This document shows positions 42,833 to 52,442 of a stretch of DNA of 62,176 nucleotides, one piece after another (position 1 is the stretch's first letter; each line of letters opens with the position of its first letter). This DNA is from Desulfobacterales bacterium (GTDB lineage: Bacteria; Desulfobacterota; DSM-4660; Desulfatiglandales; Desulfatiglandaceae). The position numbers and the translations under genes are program-made. The notes beneath the pieces are model-generated. The model was not told the origin of the DNA, searched no databases, and saw only the letters and a list, made by a program, of their open reading frames with translations. Where the stretch lies: the NCBI GenBank assembly GCA_014382905.1, contig JACNIU010000151.1:1-62176 (forward strand). Direction: 5' to 3'.

Positions 42833-43282
42833 ATGGGTAAGCAGCTTTTTAGGTGGTACTCCATGGGGGACCTCTGACAAATGGGCCAGGGTTGTGCTTT
42901 GTAGGGCCAACTACGTATTGGCATGATAGTGAAAATGGCGATGAAGTCAAGAAAAATTTCGTTTTTAGTCAATTAGATTAGGGGAAATACCTTTAAAAAA
43001 GTTTAAACAAAAAATAAGCGAATTGGATTAAAATTTCACCCACAAGATAGTCCGAAAGAATTGGATCAAGAAATAAAAAATAGTAATTCAGTACTGCTGC
43101 TTTTACCACGGTCCCCCAGTTTTTTAAGCCAACCTGAATTTACCACTTGCGACAGAAAACTTTATTTGATATGGAGATTGAAAAAAGAAGGGGTCTGATT
43201 GGGAAAGCAGAGGGTTTCCTTTTGCTGGGCTAAGGCCCTACCCTTTAAGATAAACAGAGTAAATGAAAAGGAGCGCAGGAAT

Positions 43283-44158
43283 ATGAAGATCGGATGGATT
43301 GGCACTGGCGTAATGGGGGCCTCTATGGCCGGTCATCTCCAGAAGGCCGGTCATGGCCTCTCGGTTTTTAGCCGTACCAGGAAGAAGGCAGCGGGTCTGC
43401 TTGACAAGGGGGCTCGCTGGTACGATTCGCCAGCCGAGGTGGCAGCAAACTCAGAGATCGTCTTCACCATCGTTGGTCTTCCCGAAGACGTCAGGGAAGT
43501 CTACCTGGGAGACAATGGCATCCTGAGCCGAGAAACCGCCTGCAGCATTGTGGTGGATATGACAACGAGTCAACCCAGCCTGGCAAAAATCATCTTCGAG
43601 GAGTCAGCAAAAAGAGGTATCGAATCTCTCGACGCCCCTGTTTCGGGCGGCGATGTGGGCGCAAGAGATGCCAAGCTGGCGATTATGGTCGGCGGGAAAA
43701 AAGAGGTTTTTGAAAAGGTCCTTCCCCTCTTCCGGCTTATGGGGCCAACCATTTCTCACATGGGCGGACCCGGTGCCGGCCAACACACCAAAGTGGCCAA
43801 TCAGGTCCTTGTAGCCGGCAACATGATAGGCGCCTGTGAGTGCCTCGTCTATGCGACGAAACAGGGGCTTGACATGCAGCAGGTCATCGATATTGTCGGC
43901 AAGGGCGCAGCCAGTTCATGGGCCATAAACATATTAGGACCGCGTGTCGTTAAGGGGGACTTCGGTCCGGGTTTTTTCGTTGAGCACTTCATCAAAGACA
44001 TGAAGATCGCGTTAGAAGAATCTGCCGCCGTCGGTCTTTCCCTGCCGGGGCTCGCCCTGGTCCAGCAATTGTACATAGCGGTCAAAGCGCAGGGACACAG
44101 CCGATCAGGGACTCAGGCGCTGTTTCTTGCCCTGCAAGCGCTGAACGGCGAGGGATAG
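43283..44158 (+). CDS. NAD(P)-dependent beta-hydroxyacid dehydrogenase (3-hydroxyisobutyrate dehydrogenase family)
   Basis: ATG 43283 follows AAAGGAG. Rossmann motif IGWIGTGVMGASMAGHL; family-typical DAPVSGG. Confidence 0.85.
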   Translation: MKIGWIGTGVMGASMAGHLQKAGHGLSVFSRTRKKAAGLLDKGARWYDSPAEVAANSEIVFTIVGLPEDVREVYLGDNGILSRETACSIVVDMTTSQPSLAKIIFEESAKRGIESLDAPVSGGDVGARDAKLAIMVGGKKEVFEKVLPLFRLMGPTISHMGGPGAGQHTKVANQVLVAGNMIGACECLVYATKQGLDMQQVIDIVGKGAASSWAINILGPRVVKGDFGPGFFVEHFIKDMKIALEESAAVGLSLPGLALVQQLYIAVKAQGHSRSGTQALFLALQALNGEG

Positions 44159-44199
44159 AAGCGGCTTCACCAAACCTTAATTCACTGGAGGAAGTAAAA

Positions 44200-46155
44200 A
44201 TGGCGAAACTGTGCTGGAAGCCATCAGAAGAAAGAATCAAGAGTACAAACATGTATCGATTCATGACCTTCATTAATGAGAGGTACAATAAAGATTTTAC
44301 TGAATATGGCACGCTCTACCAGTGGTCCATCGACAATATCCCTGATTTCTGGGCCTCCATGTGGGATTTCGCCGAGATAAAGGCATCAAAACCATATACC
44401 CAGGTCGTTGATGACGTCACCAGGATGCCCGGCGCCAAGTGGTTTCAGGGGGCACGTCTCAATTTTGCAGAAAACCTTCTGCGATACCGGGACAACCATA
44501 CCGCCCTTATCTTTAAAGGGGAAGGCCAGGATTCTATCAGGATATCCTATTCAGAGTTGTATAACGAGGTGGGGCGTGTTGCCAAATCCCTGAAAGGGGC
44601 CGGGGTCCAGGCAGGAGACAGGGTAGTGGGCTTCATGCCCAACATGCCGGAAACCATCATGGCAATGCTGGCGGCCACGAGCCTGGGGGCAACCTGGTCT
44701 TCGTGCTCCCCCGATTTCGGAATAAAGGGCGTTCTGGACCGTTTCGGTCAGATTAAACCGAAGATACTCTTTACAGCCAACGGCTATTCCTTCAAGGGAA
44801 AGACCTTCGACTCCCTCACCCGCGTCTCCGAAATCCTAACGGACATCCCCTCCATTGAGAAGGTTGTTGTGGTTCCCTACACTGACCCGAATCCCGATAT
44901 CAGCCAGTTGCCCAAGGCAGTGGACTACCGGGAATTCAAATCCACGGAGACACCTTCGGAGATCGAGTTTGCGCAGTTCCCTGCTGACCACCCCCTCTAT
45001 ATCATGTTCACCTCAGGCACCACAGGCCTTCCCAAATGCATGGTCCAGAGCGCCGGCGGCATTTTGGTCCACCACATGAAAGAGCTGATGCTTCATACCG
45101 ATCTGAAGCGGGATGACACCATCTTTTACTTCACCACATGCGGATGGATGATGTGGAACTGGCTGACGAGTTCACTGAGCGTCGGCGCGACCCTCGTGCT
45201 CTTTGACGGCAACCCGTTCCACCCGGACCCGGGGGCCCTCTGGCAAATGGCCCAGGATGAAAAGATAACCCTCTTCGGGACCAGCGCCGGATATATTGCG
45301 GCCATCCAGAACGCAGGCGTGAAACCCGGCACAGATTACGACCTCACACCTCTGAAGGCCGTCCTTTCAACGGGTTCTCCCCTTTCCGTTGAAGGATTTG
45401 AATACATTTATCGTCAGGTGAAAGAGGACCTCCAGCTGGCATCCATCTCAGGAGGATCGGACATCAACGGATGTTTCGCCGGGGGCAATCCCATGGGCCC
45501 TGTCTATGCAGGTGAACTCCAGTGCAGAAATCTGGCCATGAAGGTGGAAGCATTTGATGAGAACGGGCAACCGGTCATCAACCAGCAGGGGGAACTGGTC
45601 TGTACCGCGCCCTCTCCATCCATGCCGATCTATTTCTGGGACGATCCTGATGGCGAAAAATATCACGCCGCCTATTTTGATGTATATCCCAATGTATGGA
45701 GACACGGGGATTTTATTGAGATCAACGACCGGGGGGGCGTGGTAATCTACGGCAGGTCAGATGCCACCCTGAATCCCGGTGGCGTGAGGATCGGAACCGC
45801 TGAAATCTACCGGCTTGTGGAAGGGATGGAGGAGATTGAGGACAGCCTCGTTGTGGGACAAACCTGGAAAAATGATGTGCGTGTAGTCCTGTTTGTCAAA
45901 ATGGCCCAGGGGTACGATCTGACGGACGACCTGAAGAACAGGATCAAAGCAACCTTGAGGCAAAACGCCTCACCCAGGCACGTGCCGGCCAAGATCATTG
46001 CCACGCCTGCCGTACCCTATACACTGAATATGAAGAAGGTCGAGTTGGCCGTCAAAAAGGTCATCGAGGGCCATGCCGTTCTCAACAAGGATGCCTTGGG
46101 CAATCCAGAAGCCCTCGACTTCTACGAGAACCTAAAAGAACTTCAGGAGGATTGA
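44200..46155 (+). CDS. Acetoacetyl-CoA synthetase (acetoacetate-CoA ligase)
   Basis: 651 aa. The N-terminus WKPSEERIKSTNMYRFMTFINERY... and the AMP-binding FTSGTTGLPKC are typical of the AACS subfamily. Confidence 0.85.
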   Translation: MAKLCWKPSEERIKSTNMYRFMTFINERYNKDFTEYGTLYQWSIDNIPDFWASMWDFAEIKASKPYTQVVDDVTRMPGAKWFQGARLNFAENLLRYRDNHTALIFKGEGQDSIRISYSELYNEVGRVAKSLKGAGVQAGDRVVGFMPNMPETIMAMLAATSLGATWSSCSPDFGIKGVLDRFGQIKPKILFTANGYSFKGKTFDSLTRVSEILTDIPSIEKVVVVPYTDPNPDISQLPKAVDYREFKSTETPSEIEFAQFPADHPLYIMFTSGTTGLPKCMVQSAGGILVHHMKELMLHTDLKRDDTIFYFTTCGWMMWNWLTSSLSVGATLVLFDGNPFHPDPGALWQMAQDEKITLFGTSAGYIAAIQNAGVKPGTDYDLTPLKAVLSTGSPLSVEGFEYIYRQVKEDLQLASISGGSDINGCFAGGNPMGPVYAGELQCRNLAMKVEAFDENGQPVINQQGELVCTAPSPSMPIYFWDDPDGEKYHAAYFDVYPNVWRHGDFIEINDRGGVVIYGRSDATLNPGGVRIGTAEIYRLVEGMEEIEDSLVVGQTWKNDVRVVLFVKMAQGYDLTDDLKNRIKATLRQNASPRHVPAKIIATPAVPYTLNMKKVELAVKKVIEGHAVLNKDALGNPEALDFYENLKELQED

Positions 46156-46227
46156 CCCGCTGATACAATATTCAGCACAAACAAGGAGTCTAACCTTCGC
46201 GAGCAAATACGGGGGGTGGGGGGTGCC

Positions 46228-46512
46228 ATGGCCATATCCTTTTTCAGAGGAGGGGGAATTGAGACGACCCTTTCCAGTATTAACCTGTTCTTTCTCGCCC
46301 AACAAATGATCGTAGCGACCGGCGCGTTGTACCAGCTGGGGGCCGGGGCGTACTCCAGCCTCGAGGGGAAGGGAAAGTTTGAAAAGGAGCCCCGTCACAT
46401 TGTCCTTGAAGACGATTACGGCACCCTGTCTGCCAGGATTCTAATTGACAGGGTGGTGGAACTTGCCCTGATCGTCAAGGCGGGCCAGGCGTCATTGCAA
46501 AAGAAGTCATGA
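46228..46512 (+). CDS. Hypothetical small protein (doubtful)
   Basis: ORF only, with no recognisable motif. It contains the candidate sigma-54 promoter for the downstream gene. Confidence 0.25.
   Translation: MAISFFRGGGIETTLSSINLFFLAQQMIVATGALYQLGAGAYSSLEGKGKFEKEPRHIVLEDDYGTLSARILIDRVVELALIVKAGQASLQKKS
46419..46434 (+). promoter_or_regulatory. Candidate sigma-54 (-24/-12) promoter CGGCACCCTGTCTGCC
   Basis: GG and GC dinucleotides are separated by 10 nt (GGCAC-N5-cTGC). It lies about 140 nt upstream of the Spy/ZraP-like gene, and a sigma-54 activator is encoded nearby. Confidence 0.3.
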
Positions 46513-46574
46513 GGGGGGAGAGGATTTAACAGGGTTCACGAGAAATCAACTTAACGGTAAGGAGGTAACATTCA

Positions 46575-47054
46575 ATGAAAAAAATGAGCATTGTTGCAGC
46601 GTTTCTCCTCGTAGTCGCCTCGGCAACATGGATAATGGCCGATCCGGGTGGCAAGGGATACGGGGAAGGCTGCGGATGGGGCATGGGTCCATCTGCCCTG
46701 GCGTCTTTGAACCTGACAGCGGAACAATCCGAAAACATCCGGGCCCTCCGTGAAACGTGTCTGAAGGAAATCACTCCAATCCGGAGTAACCTTTTCACAA
46801 AACGTTCCGAACTGAAGTTGCTTTGGATACAGACCAGGCTCGATCCAGACAAGATAAGGGCCACCCAGAAGGAAATTCAAGGCTTGATCGGTCAACTGCA
46901 GGAAAAGGGCACGAACTGCCGGCTCTCTTTTCGAAATATTCTGACCTCGGGACAGATATCGAAACTGCTGGCTCAGGGATTCGGAAGAGGCGGCGGTTTC
47001 GGATGCGGGAAAGGCAAAGGTTTCGGCTCAGGCAGGTGCCCGGGCGGTTACTGA
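46575..47054 (+). CDS. Periplasmic Spy/CpxP/ZraP-family (LTxxQ motif) protein
   Basis: RBS TAAGGAGG; signal peptide MKKMSIVAAFLLVVASATWI; LNLTAEQSENIRALRE; Gly-rich C-terminus. Confidence 0.75.
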   Translation: MKKMSIVAAFLLVVASATWIMADPGGKGYGEGCGWGMGPSALASLNLTAEQSENIRALRETCLKEITPIRSNLFTKRSELKLLWIQTRLDPDKIRATQKEIQGLIGQLQEKGTNCRLSFRNILTSGQISKLLAQGFGRGGGFGCGKGKGFGSGRCPGGY

Positions 47055-47119
47055 ACAGGTCAAGGAGAATAAAATGGAGGGAGCATCGGACCTGGATGGA
47101 GAAACGCAAGCAAGGGATT

Positions 47120-47980
47120 TCAGCGACTATCATCAAATGTGAATCGGTTCATTTCGCCAGACTCCAGGTCGATATGGACCATCACATTCCTGAAAGGCTT
47201 TCCCCGCTTCAAAATAATCTTCAGGACTTCCATGGCCTGCAGCGTGGCAATGAATGAAGGCATCAGGGCGGGTACACCCAGAATGGCTTCAGGGCTTTTT
47301 GACCGATCCCCGCCCTCCCCTCTCCTTCCATAAAGACGCTTCAGCCCCGGGTCTTCCGGAAAAATGGTCATCAACTGGCCTTCGAGACCTGCCAGGGCAC
47401 CGTGCACCAGGGGAATGCCCATCGATCTGGATGCATCTTCTATGGTAAAGCGGTCCGAAATGTTATCAAGGGCATCCACAATCACATCCGAACCGCCCAG
47501 TACCTCTTCCACATTTGAAGGGTCGACTCTGACCTGATGGGACGTCACCATGACGCCTGGATTAATGGCACCCACCACGGCAACTGCCGCTTCGCATTTA
47601 GACCTGCCTATCGCCGCCTGACTTGAGAGGGCCTGGCGGTTGAGGTTGGTCTCATCAAAGCGGTCATAATCTACAACCACCATGTGTCCGACCCCAACCC
47701 TCGCCAACAGGAGGATAACATTTCCGCCGAGCCCCCCTGCACCCACCACAGCCACACAGGACTTCGAAAGCTTTAGTTGCTCCTCTCGCGAAATCGTCTC
47801 CCTGTTGCGGATATACCGATACGGATAAATCCCGAGATTCAATGCCTCTTGATAAACCGCATGGACGGTTACACCGGATTCCCTGGCTATCCTGAGGGCC
47901 TGGCTGTCTTCCAAAATCTTTACTTCACGACCGGCCGGGTCATTGATTTTCTTGGAACTTGACTGAAGCAGATGTTGCAT
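47120..47980 (-). CDS. ThiF/MoeB/HesA-family adenylyltransferase
   Basis: VAVVGAGGLGGNV and DYDRFDETNLNRQ. The track start 47989 is TTG; the ATG is at 47980. Confidence 0.85.
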   Translation of the reverse strand: MQHLLQSSSKKINDPAGREVKILEDSQALRIARESGVTVHAVYQEALNLGIYPYRYIRNRETISREEQLKLSKSCVAVVGAGGLGGNVILLLARVGVGHMVVVDYDRFDETNLNRQALSSQAAIGRSKCEAAVAVVGAINPGVMVTSHQVRVDPSNVEEVLGGSDVIVDALDNISDRFTIEDASRSMGIPLVHGALAGLEGQLMTIFPEDPGLKRLYGRRGEGGDRSKSPEAILGVPALMPSFIATLQAMEVLKIILKRGKPFRNVMVHIDLESGEMNRFTFDDSR

Positions 47981-48191
47981 ATGGACCAAACTGTTTCTGA
48001 AGAAAAGGCGAATTGCGAATTATACTGGCATACTACTACATGCGATATATGAATGCAAACAATAGTTTGCAGTTTCGGGACCCCTTCAAACGCTCTTGCA
48101 GTCTATCAAAAAAATTGTTAGAGTAACGTTTTTTGCAACCCGGTGATCGAAAGCTAAATGTTTTTCTGAAAGGTCATAATGGGTAGCCTGA

Positions 48192-49676
48192 ATGTGGAAT
48201 AAAATCACCTTGCGTGCCCGGGTATACATCCTCTTGACCGCCTTGGTCTCTGTTACGCTAATGGGCGGCCTTGTCATGGTGTGGTACACCTACCGGACGC
48301 AGGGTCTCCTCACCGACATTATCGACAGAAATATTGCGGCGTTCCAGTCTGCTGAAGCATTAGAGATCGCTCTGGTTAATCAGAAGGGGTTCCTTTCCTA
48401 CTATTTCTTAGATGGTGATCCTGAATGGCTCAAGCAGTTGGGGGAACATCGCCAGGTTTTCAAAGACAGGCTGAAAAAGGCCTACTCCCTCATCGAAACC
48501 GAACCTCAAAAAGAGGCCCTCGATCGTATCGAATCCGAATATATCCAATATATTACCATTAAAGACCAGGTCATTTCACATTACATTGAAGGTGCGCGCG
48601 AGTCGGGCGCTGAGATTCACAAAGGAGTCCGGAACCGTTTTTTCAAGATCCTTGATTTGTGTGAGGCCTACAAAAAACTCTATACCAAGAGGATCATGGA
48701 ATTGAGGGACCAAAGCCGCAACCAGGCCCAGAACCTGAGAATAGTTGCCGGCACAGCCATGTTTATCGTCCTGATTTCAGCCATTCTCCTGGCCTTTGTG
48801 CTGATACACCAAATCCTGTCTCCGCTCCGCAAACTGACCTTGGAAGCCGGCAGAGAAGGCGATTCAAGGGAGTCAGGCAATGAAGTCAGATCTCTCAGCA
48901 GGAGTGTACGCGGGCTTATTGAGGACGTAGACTTCACTTTAGTAGAACTGGAAAAAAGCCGTGAGACCCTGGTTCAGGCTGAAAAGATGGCATCGGTCGG
49001 GAAGCTGGCCGCAGGGATGGCGCACAGTATTCGGAACCCGCTGACATCTGTGAAAATGCGCCTGTTTTCTTTGGGCCGGACCCTCAATCTGTCATTCGCG
49101 CAGAAAGACGATTTTGAGGTGATTTCAGAAGAAATCCGCCATATCGATACGATTGTTCAAAATTTCCTGGAATTCTCCCGTCCCCCCAAACTAAAGATGC
49201 AAAGCGTAAGTCCCTCCGAAGTGGTTGATCTCGTGCTTCAATTGTTACAGCATCGACTCGAATCATACAACGTGGAGATTGAGGTCATCCGGCAACATGG
49301 CCCCCTTTCCGCTATCCAGGCCGATCCGGAGCAGTTGAAGGAGGTCCTTATCAACCTCATAGAGAATGCGTGCGAGGCCATGGAAGAAGGCGGTTCCATT
49401 GTCATCATAGAAGAAGAAACGCACACAGCACTTCTTGGACCCGCCGTCACCATAGGCGTGTCAGACAATGGTCCAGGGATTAAGGAGACGGTCCTATCAA
49501 AAGTCCTGCAGCCTTTTTTCACAACCAGAGAAGAGGGAACAGGGTTAGGTCTGAGTATTGCGAACCGGATTGTGGAAGAACACGGTGGCAAGCTGACGTT
49601 TACCTCCAAAGAGGGCGAAGGAACCACGTTTGTTATCACACTACCAACCAACCCTGTTAGGGGAGCAGGAAAATGA
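48192..49676 (+). CDS. Sensor histidine kinase (two TM segments, periplasmic sensor domain, NtrB/ZraS-like transmitter)
   Basis: H-box MAHSIRNPLTSV, N-box LINLIENACEAM, G-boxes DNGPGI and GTGLGLSI. Confidence 0.9.
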   Translation: MWNKITLRARVYILLTALVSVTLMGGLVMVWYTYRTQGLLTDIIDRNIAAFQSAEALEIALVNQKGFLSYYFLDGDPEWLKQLGEHRQVFKDRLKKAYSLIETEPQKEALDRIESEYIQYITIKDQVISHYIEGARESGAEIHKGVRNRFFKILDLCEAYKKLYTKRIMELRDQSRNQAQNLRIVAGTAMFIVLISAILLAFVLIHQILSPLRKLTLEAGREGDSRESGNEVRSLSRSVRGLIEDVDFTLVELEKSRETLVQAEKMASVGKLAAGMAHSIRNPLTSVKMRLFSLGRTLNLSFAQKDDFEVISEEIRHIDTIVQNFLEFSRPPKLKMQSVSPSEVVDLVLQLLQHRLESYNVEIEVIRQHGPLSAIQADPEQLKEVLINLIENACEAMEEGGSIVIIEEETHTALLGPAVTIGVSDNGPGIKETVLSKVLQPFFTTREEGTGLGLSIANRIVEEHGGKLTFTSKEGEGTTFVITLPTNPVRGAGK

Positions 49677-51103
49677 GCACCATCCTGATTATCGACGATG
49701 ACGACCAGTTGCGGATAAGCTTTGAGAAACTCTTAACAGAAGAGGGGTATACGATTCAATGCGCTCCCTCTGGCGAAGCAGGCCTTCGACTCATCCGGGC
49801 CCAGGTCCCGGACCTTGTTATCCTGGATATGCGATTGCCGGGGATGAACGGGCTTGAAACCTTTCAGGCCATCCACAAGATCGAGCCCAAGCTTCCGGTC
49901 ATTATGATGACCGCTTTCGGCACTACCGAAACCGCCATAGAGGCCACCAAGATGGGGGCCTTTGACTACATACTCAAGCCATTTGAAATTCCCGACATGT
50001 TAGAAAATATCAATCAGGCCCTCGAAGCCGGTCGGTTTATGCGTTCACCGGTGGGTATGAACGCCACGCCCGATGATGCCTCCGGTGACGCCATCATCGG
50101 CAGAAGCAGGCCGATGCAGGATGTTTATAAGGCCATCGGAAGAGTATCGCCCACCAATGCCACGGTACTGATACGGGGTGAGTCCGGCACCGGGAAGGAG
50201 TTAGTGGCCAGGGCTGTATATCAGCACAGCACCAGGGCAAACAAGCCTTTTATCGTTATCAACTGCGTGGCAATACCGGAAAATCTGCTTGAAAGTGAAC
50301 TTTTCGGATATGAAAAAGGTGCCTTTACCGGGGCCTCACACCGTCGTGTGGGCAAAATAGAACAGGCCAGCGGAGGGACCGTCTTCTTAGACGAGATCGG
50401 CGACATGCCGTCAAGTATTCAGGCCAAGATCTTGAGGCTTCTCCAGGAAAGGAGCATCGAGCGGCTCGGGGGTCGGGAAACCGTTCCAGTGGATGTACGG
50501 ATCATTGCGGCTACAAATCGAGACCTGGAAGCCGCCCTTTCCGGAGGTCGTTTTCGTGAAGATCTGTATTACCGTCTCAAGGTCGTCACCATCTGGCTCC
50601 CCCCCCTTAGAGAGAGGATAGAAGATATACCACAGCTTACAAATTATTTCCTCTCCAGATGTGCAGCAGAGGTCGGCATTGACAACCCCGGGATTATGAA
50701 GGAGGCAATAGCAACCCTGAAAAGCCATTCGTGGCCAGGCAATGTCCGGGAGATCTACAATATCATACAGAAGGCATTAATATTCAACCGGGGGGCCCCG
50801 GTGAGCGCAGAAGATCTTGCACAGGCCATCAGCGACAGGGGCCAGGGGGCCATCAACGATAATGAGTCAGGGGATGAGGCTATCAGGAGATGGGCCCGCG
50901 ATGCCCTTAATTCCAAGACCACGGACAACATCTTTGACGCATGCGTGGACCGATTTGCGAGCCTGCTGATTAGCGAGGCGCTTACTGTAACAGGTGGCAA
51001 CCGCTCACGGGCAGCCAAGCTCCTGGGTCTTTCACGGCCGACACTCCACTCCAAGATCGAAAAATATCGCCTCAAATTTGAGACGTCGGTCAGGGAAGAG
51101 TGA
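49673..51103 (+). CDS. Sigma-54-dependent response regulator (NtrC/ZraR family)
   Basis: REC (LVILDMRLPGMNG), AAA+ (GESGTGKELVARAV, GAFTGA) and a C-terminal HTH (AAKLLGLSRPTLHSKI). ATGA overlap with the kinase gene. Confidence 0.92.
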   Translation: MSTILIIDDDDQLRISFEKLLTEEGYTIQCAPSGEAGLRLIRAQVPDLVILDMRLPGMNGLETFQAIHKIEPKLPVIMMTAFGTTETAIEATKMGAFDYILKPFEIPDMLENINQALEAGRFMRSPVGMNATPDDASGDAIIGRSRPMQDVYKAIGRVSPTNATVLIRGESGTGKELVARAVYQHSTRANKPFIVINCVAIPENLLESELFGYEKGAFTGASHRRVGKIEQASGGTVFLDEIGDMPSSIQAKILRLLQERSIERLGGRETVPVDVRIIAATNRDLEAALSGGRFREDLYYRLKVVTIWLPPLRERIEDIPQLTNYFLSRCAAEVGIDNPGIMKEAIATLKSHSWPGNVREIYNIIQKALIFNRGAPVSAEDLAQAISDRGQGAINDNESGDEAIRRWARDALNSKTTDNIFDACVDRFASLLISEALTVTGGNRSRAAKLLGLSRPTLHSKIEKYRLKFETSVREE

Positions 51104-51137
51104 TTGTCTCACGCTACCGCCTACGGAGGAGATAAAG

Positions 51138-52412
51138 ATGAAAAATACCTTGGCCATCATCATGGCTGGAGGCAAAGGCGAACGGCTGATGCCGTTGACC
51201 AAACACCGGTCCAAGCCGGCCATCCCCTTTGGCGGGATTTACCTGCTCATTGATTTGACCCTCTCCAACTGTATCAACTCGGGCATATACAAGATCCTGG
51301 TCCTGCCCCAGTACAAGTCCCAGACCCTCATGCAGCACTTAGAGGGGGGGTGGAATCTCTTCAGCCAGGATCTCGGGCATTACCTCAAGATCGCCCCCCC
51401 GCAGATGATGCAGGGAGAAAAATGGTATCAGGGGACTGCCGACTCTATCCGTCAGAATGCCTACCTGATCGAGCGCGACCCTGCTGAACACGTGTTAATC
51501 CTCTCGGGCGACCATGTGTACAAAATGGACTACAGCCGTTTCAAGGACTACCATGTGGCCCACGACGCGGACGTTACCTTAGGTGTTCTGGAATTGGGCA
51601 AGGAATCGGCAAGCCAGTACGGGATTGTGGAGGTAGACGAAGATTTTCGCGTCACCGGCTTCCAGGAAAAGCCACAACAGCCCAAGGCCATCCCCGGAGA
51701 CAGTGAACACGTCCTGGCCTCAATGGGTGTGTATATCTTCAAGACCCAGGTCCTGATTGATCTGCTCTCAAAGAGTGATCAGACAGATTTCGGCAAACAC
51801 ATCCTCCCCGATATTATTCATAGCCACCGCCTTATGGCCTATCCCTATCGCCGTGAGAACAAGATCCGGGATATGGTTTTTTACGTCGATGAAGCCGGGA
51901 TGCTCAAAGAGAAGATCGTCGACCATGCAAGGGATTCAGCCTACTGGAGAGATGTGGGGACACTGGATTCCTACTGGAATGCCAATATGGACCTGACCGG
52001 TGTGGACCCCTACTTTAACATGTATGGGAGGCTCTGGCCCATTCGCACCTTCCAGCGCCAGTACCCTCCAGTCAAGACCGTCTTCTCACAGGAATGGGGC
52101 ACAGCCCCCCGGGCAGGGCGAGCCTTGGATTCCTTGGTGGCCCATGGCTCAATCATCAGTGGCGGGCTGGTTCAGAACAGTGTGCTTTCGTACAACGTGT
52201 TCGTTCACAGTTGGGCCATAGTGGAAGAATCGGTCATCATGGAAAACGTGGTCGTCGGTCGTCACGCCCGGATCAAGAAGGCCATCATTGCGGAAGGTGT
52301 CCGAATTCCACCCAACACGGAGATCGGATATAACCCTGATGAGGATCGAAAACGCTTTACTGTCACTCCCAGAGGGATTACTATTGTCAGCCGTGAGAAT
52401 TTTCCGGATTGA
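51138..52412 (+). CDS. glgC: Glucose-1-phosphate adenylyltransferase
   Basis: ATG 51138 follows GGAGGAG. Motifs AIIMAGGKGERLMPLT and QGTADSIRQN, plus a C-terminal left-handed beta-helix region. Confidence 0.9.
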   Translation: MKNTLAIIMAGGKGERLMPLTKHRSKPAIPFGGIYLLIDLTLSNCINSGIYKILVLPQYKSQTLMQHLEGGWNLFSQDLGHYLKIAPPQMMQGEKWYQGTADSIRQNAYLIERDPAEHVLILSGDHVYKMDYSRFKDYHVAHDADVTLGVLELGKESASQYGIVEVDEDFRVTGFQEKPQQPKAIPGDSEHVLASMGVYIFKTQVLIDLLSKSDQTDFGKHILPDIIHSHRLMAYPYRRENKIRDMVFYVDEAGMLKEKIVDHARDSAYWRDVGTLDSYWNANMDLTGVDPYFNMYGRLWPIRTFQRQYPPVKTVFSQEWGTAPRAGRALDSLVAHGSIISGGLVQNSVLSYNVFVHSWAIVEESVIMENVVVGRHARIKKAIIAEGVRIPPNTEIGYNPDEDRKRFTVTPRGITIVSRENFPD

Positions 52413-52442
52413 TCTTCTTGCTCAAGATCGGAGGAAAGGTAC

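Noticed and set aside
42609-43282. attR: a direct repeat of the tRNA-Val 3' end at the distal island border
   Set aside because: I scanned by eye for the terminal 15-25 nt of the tRNA (…GGTTCAAATCCCCCACCGCCCACCA) and found no convincing match. The border remains undefined.
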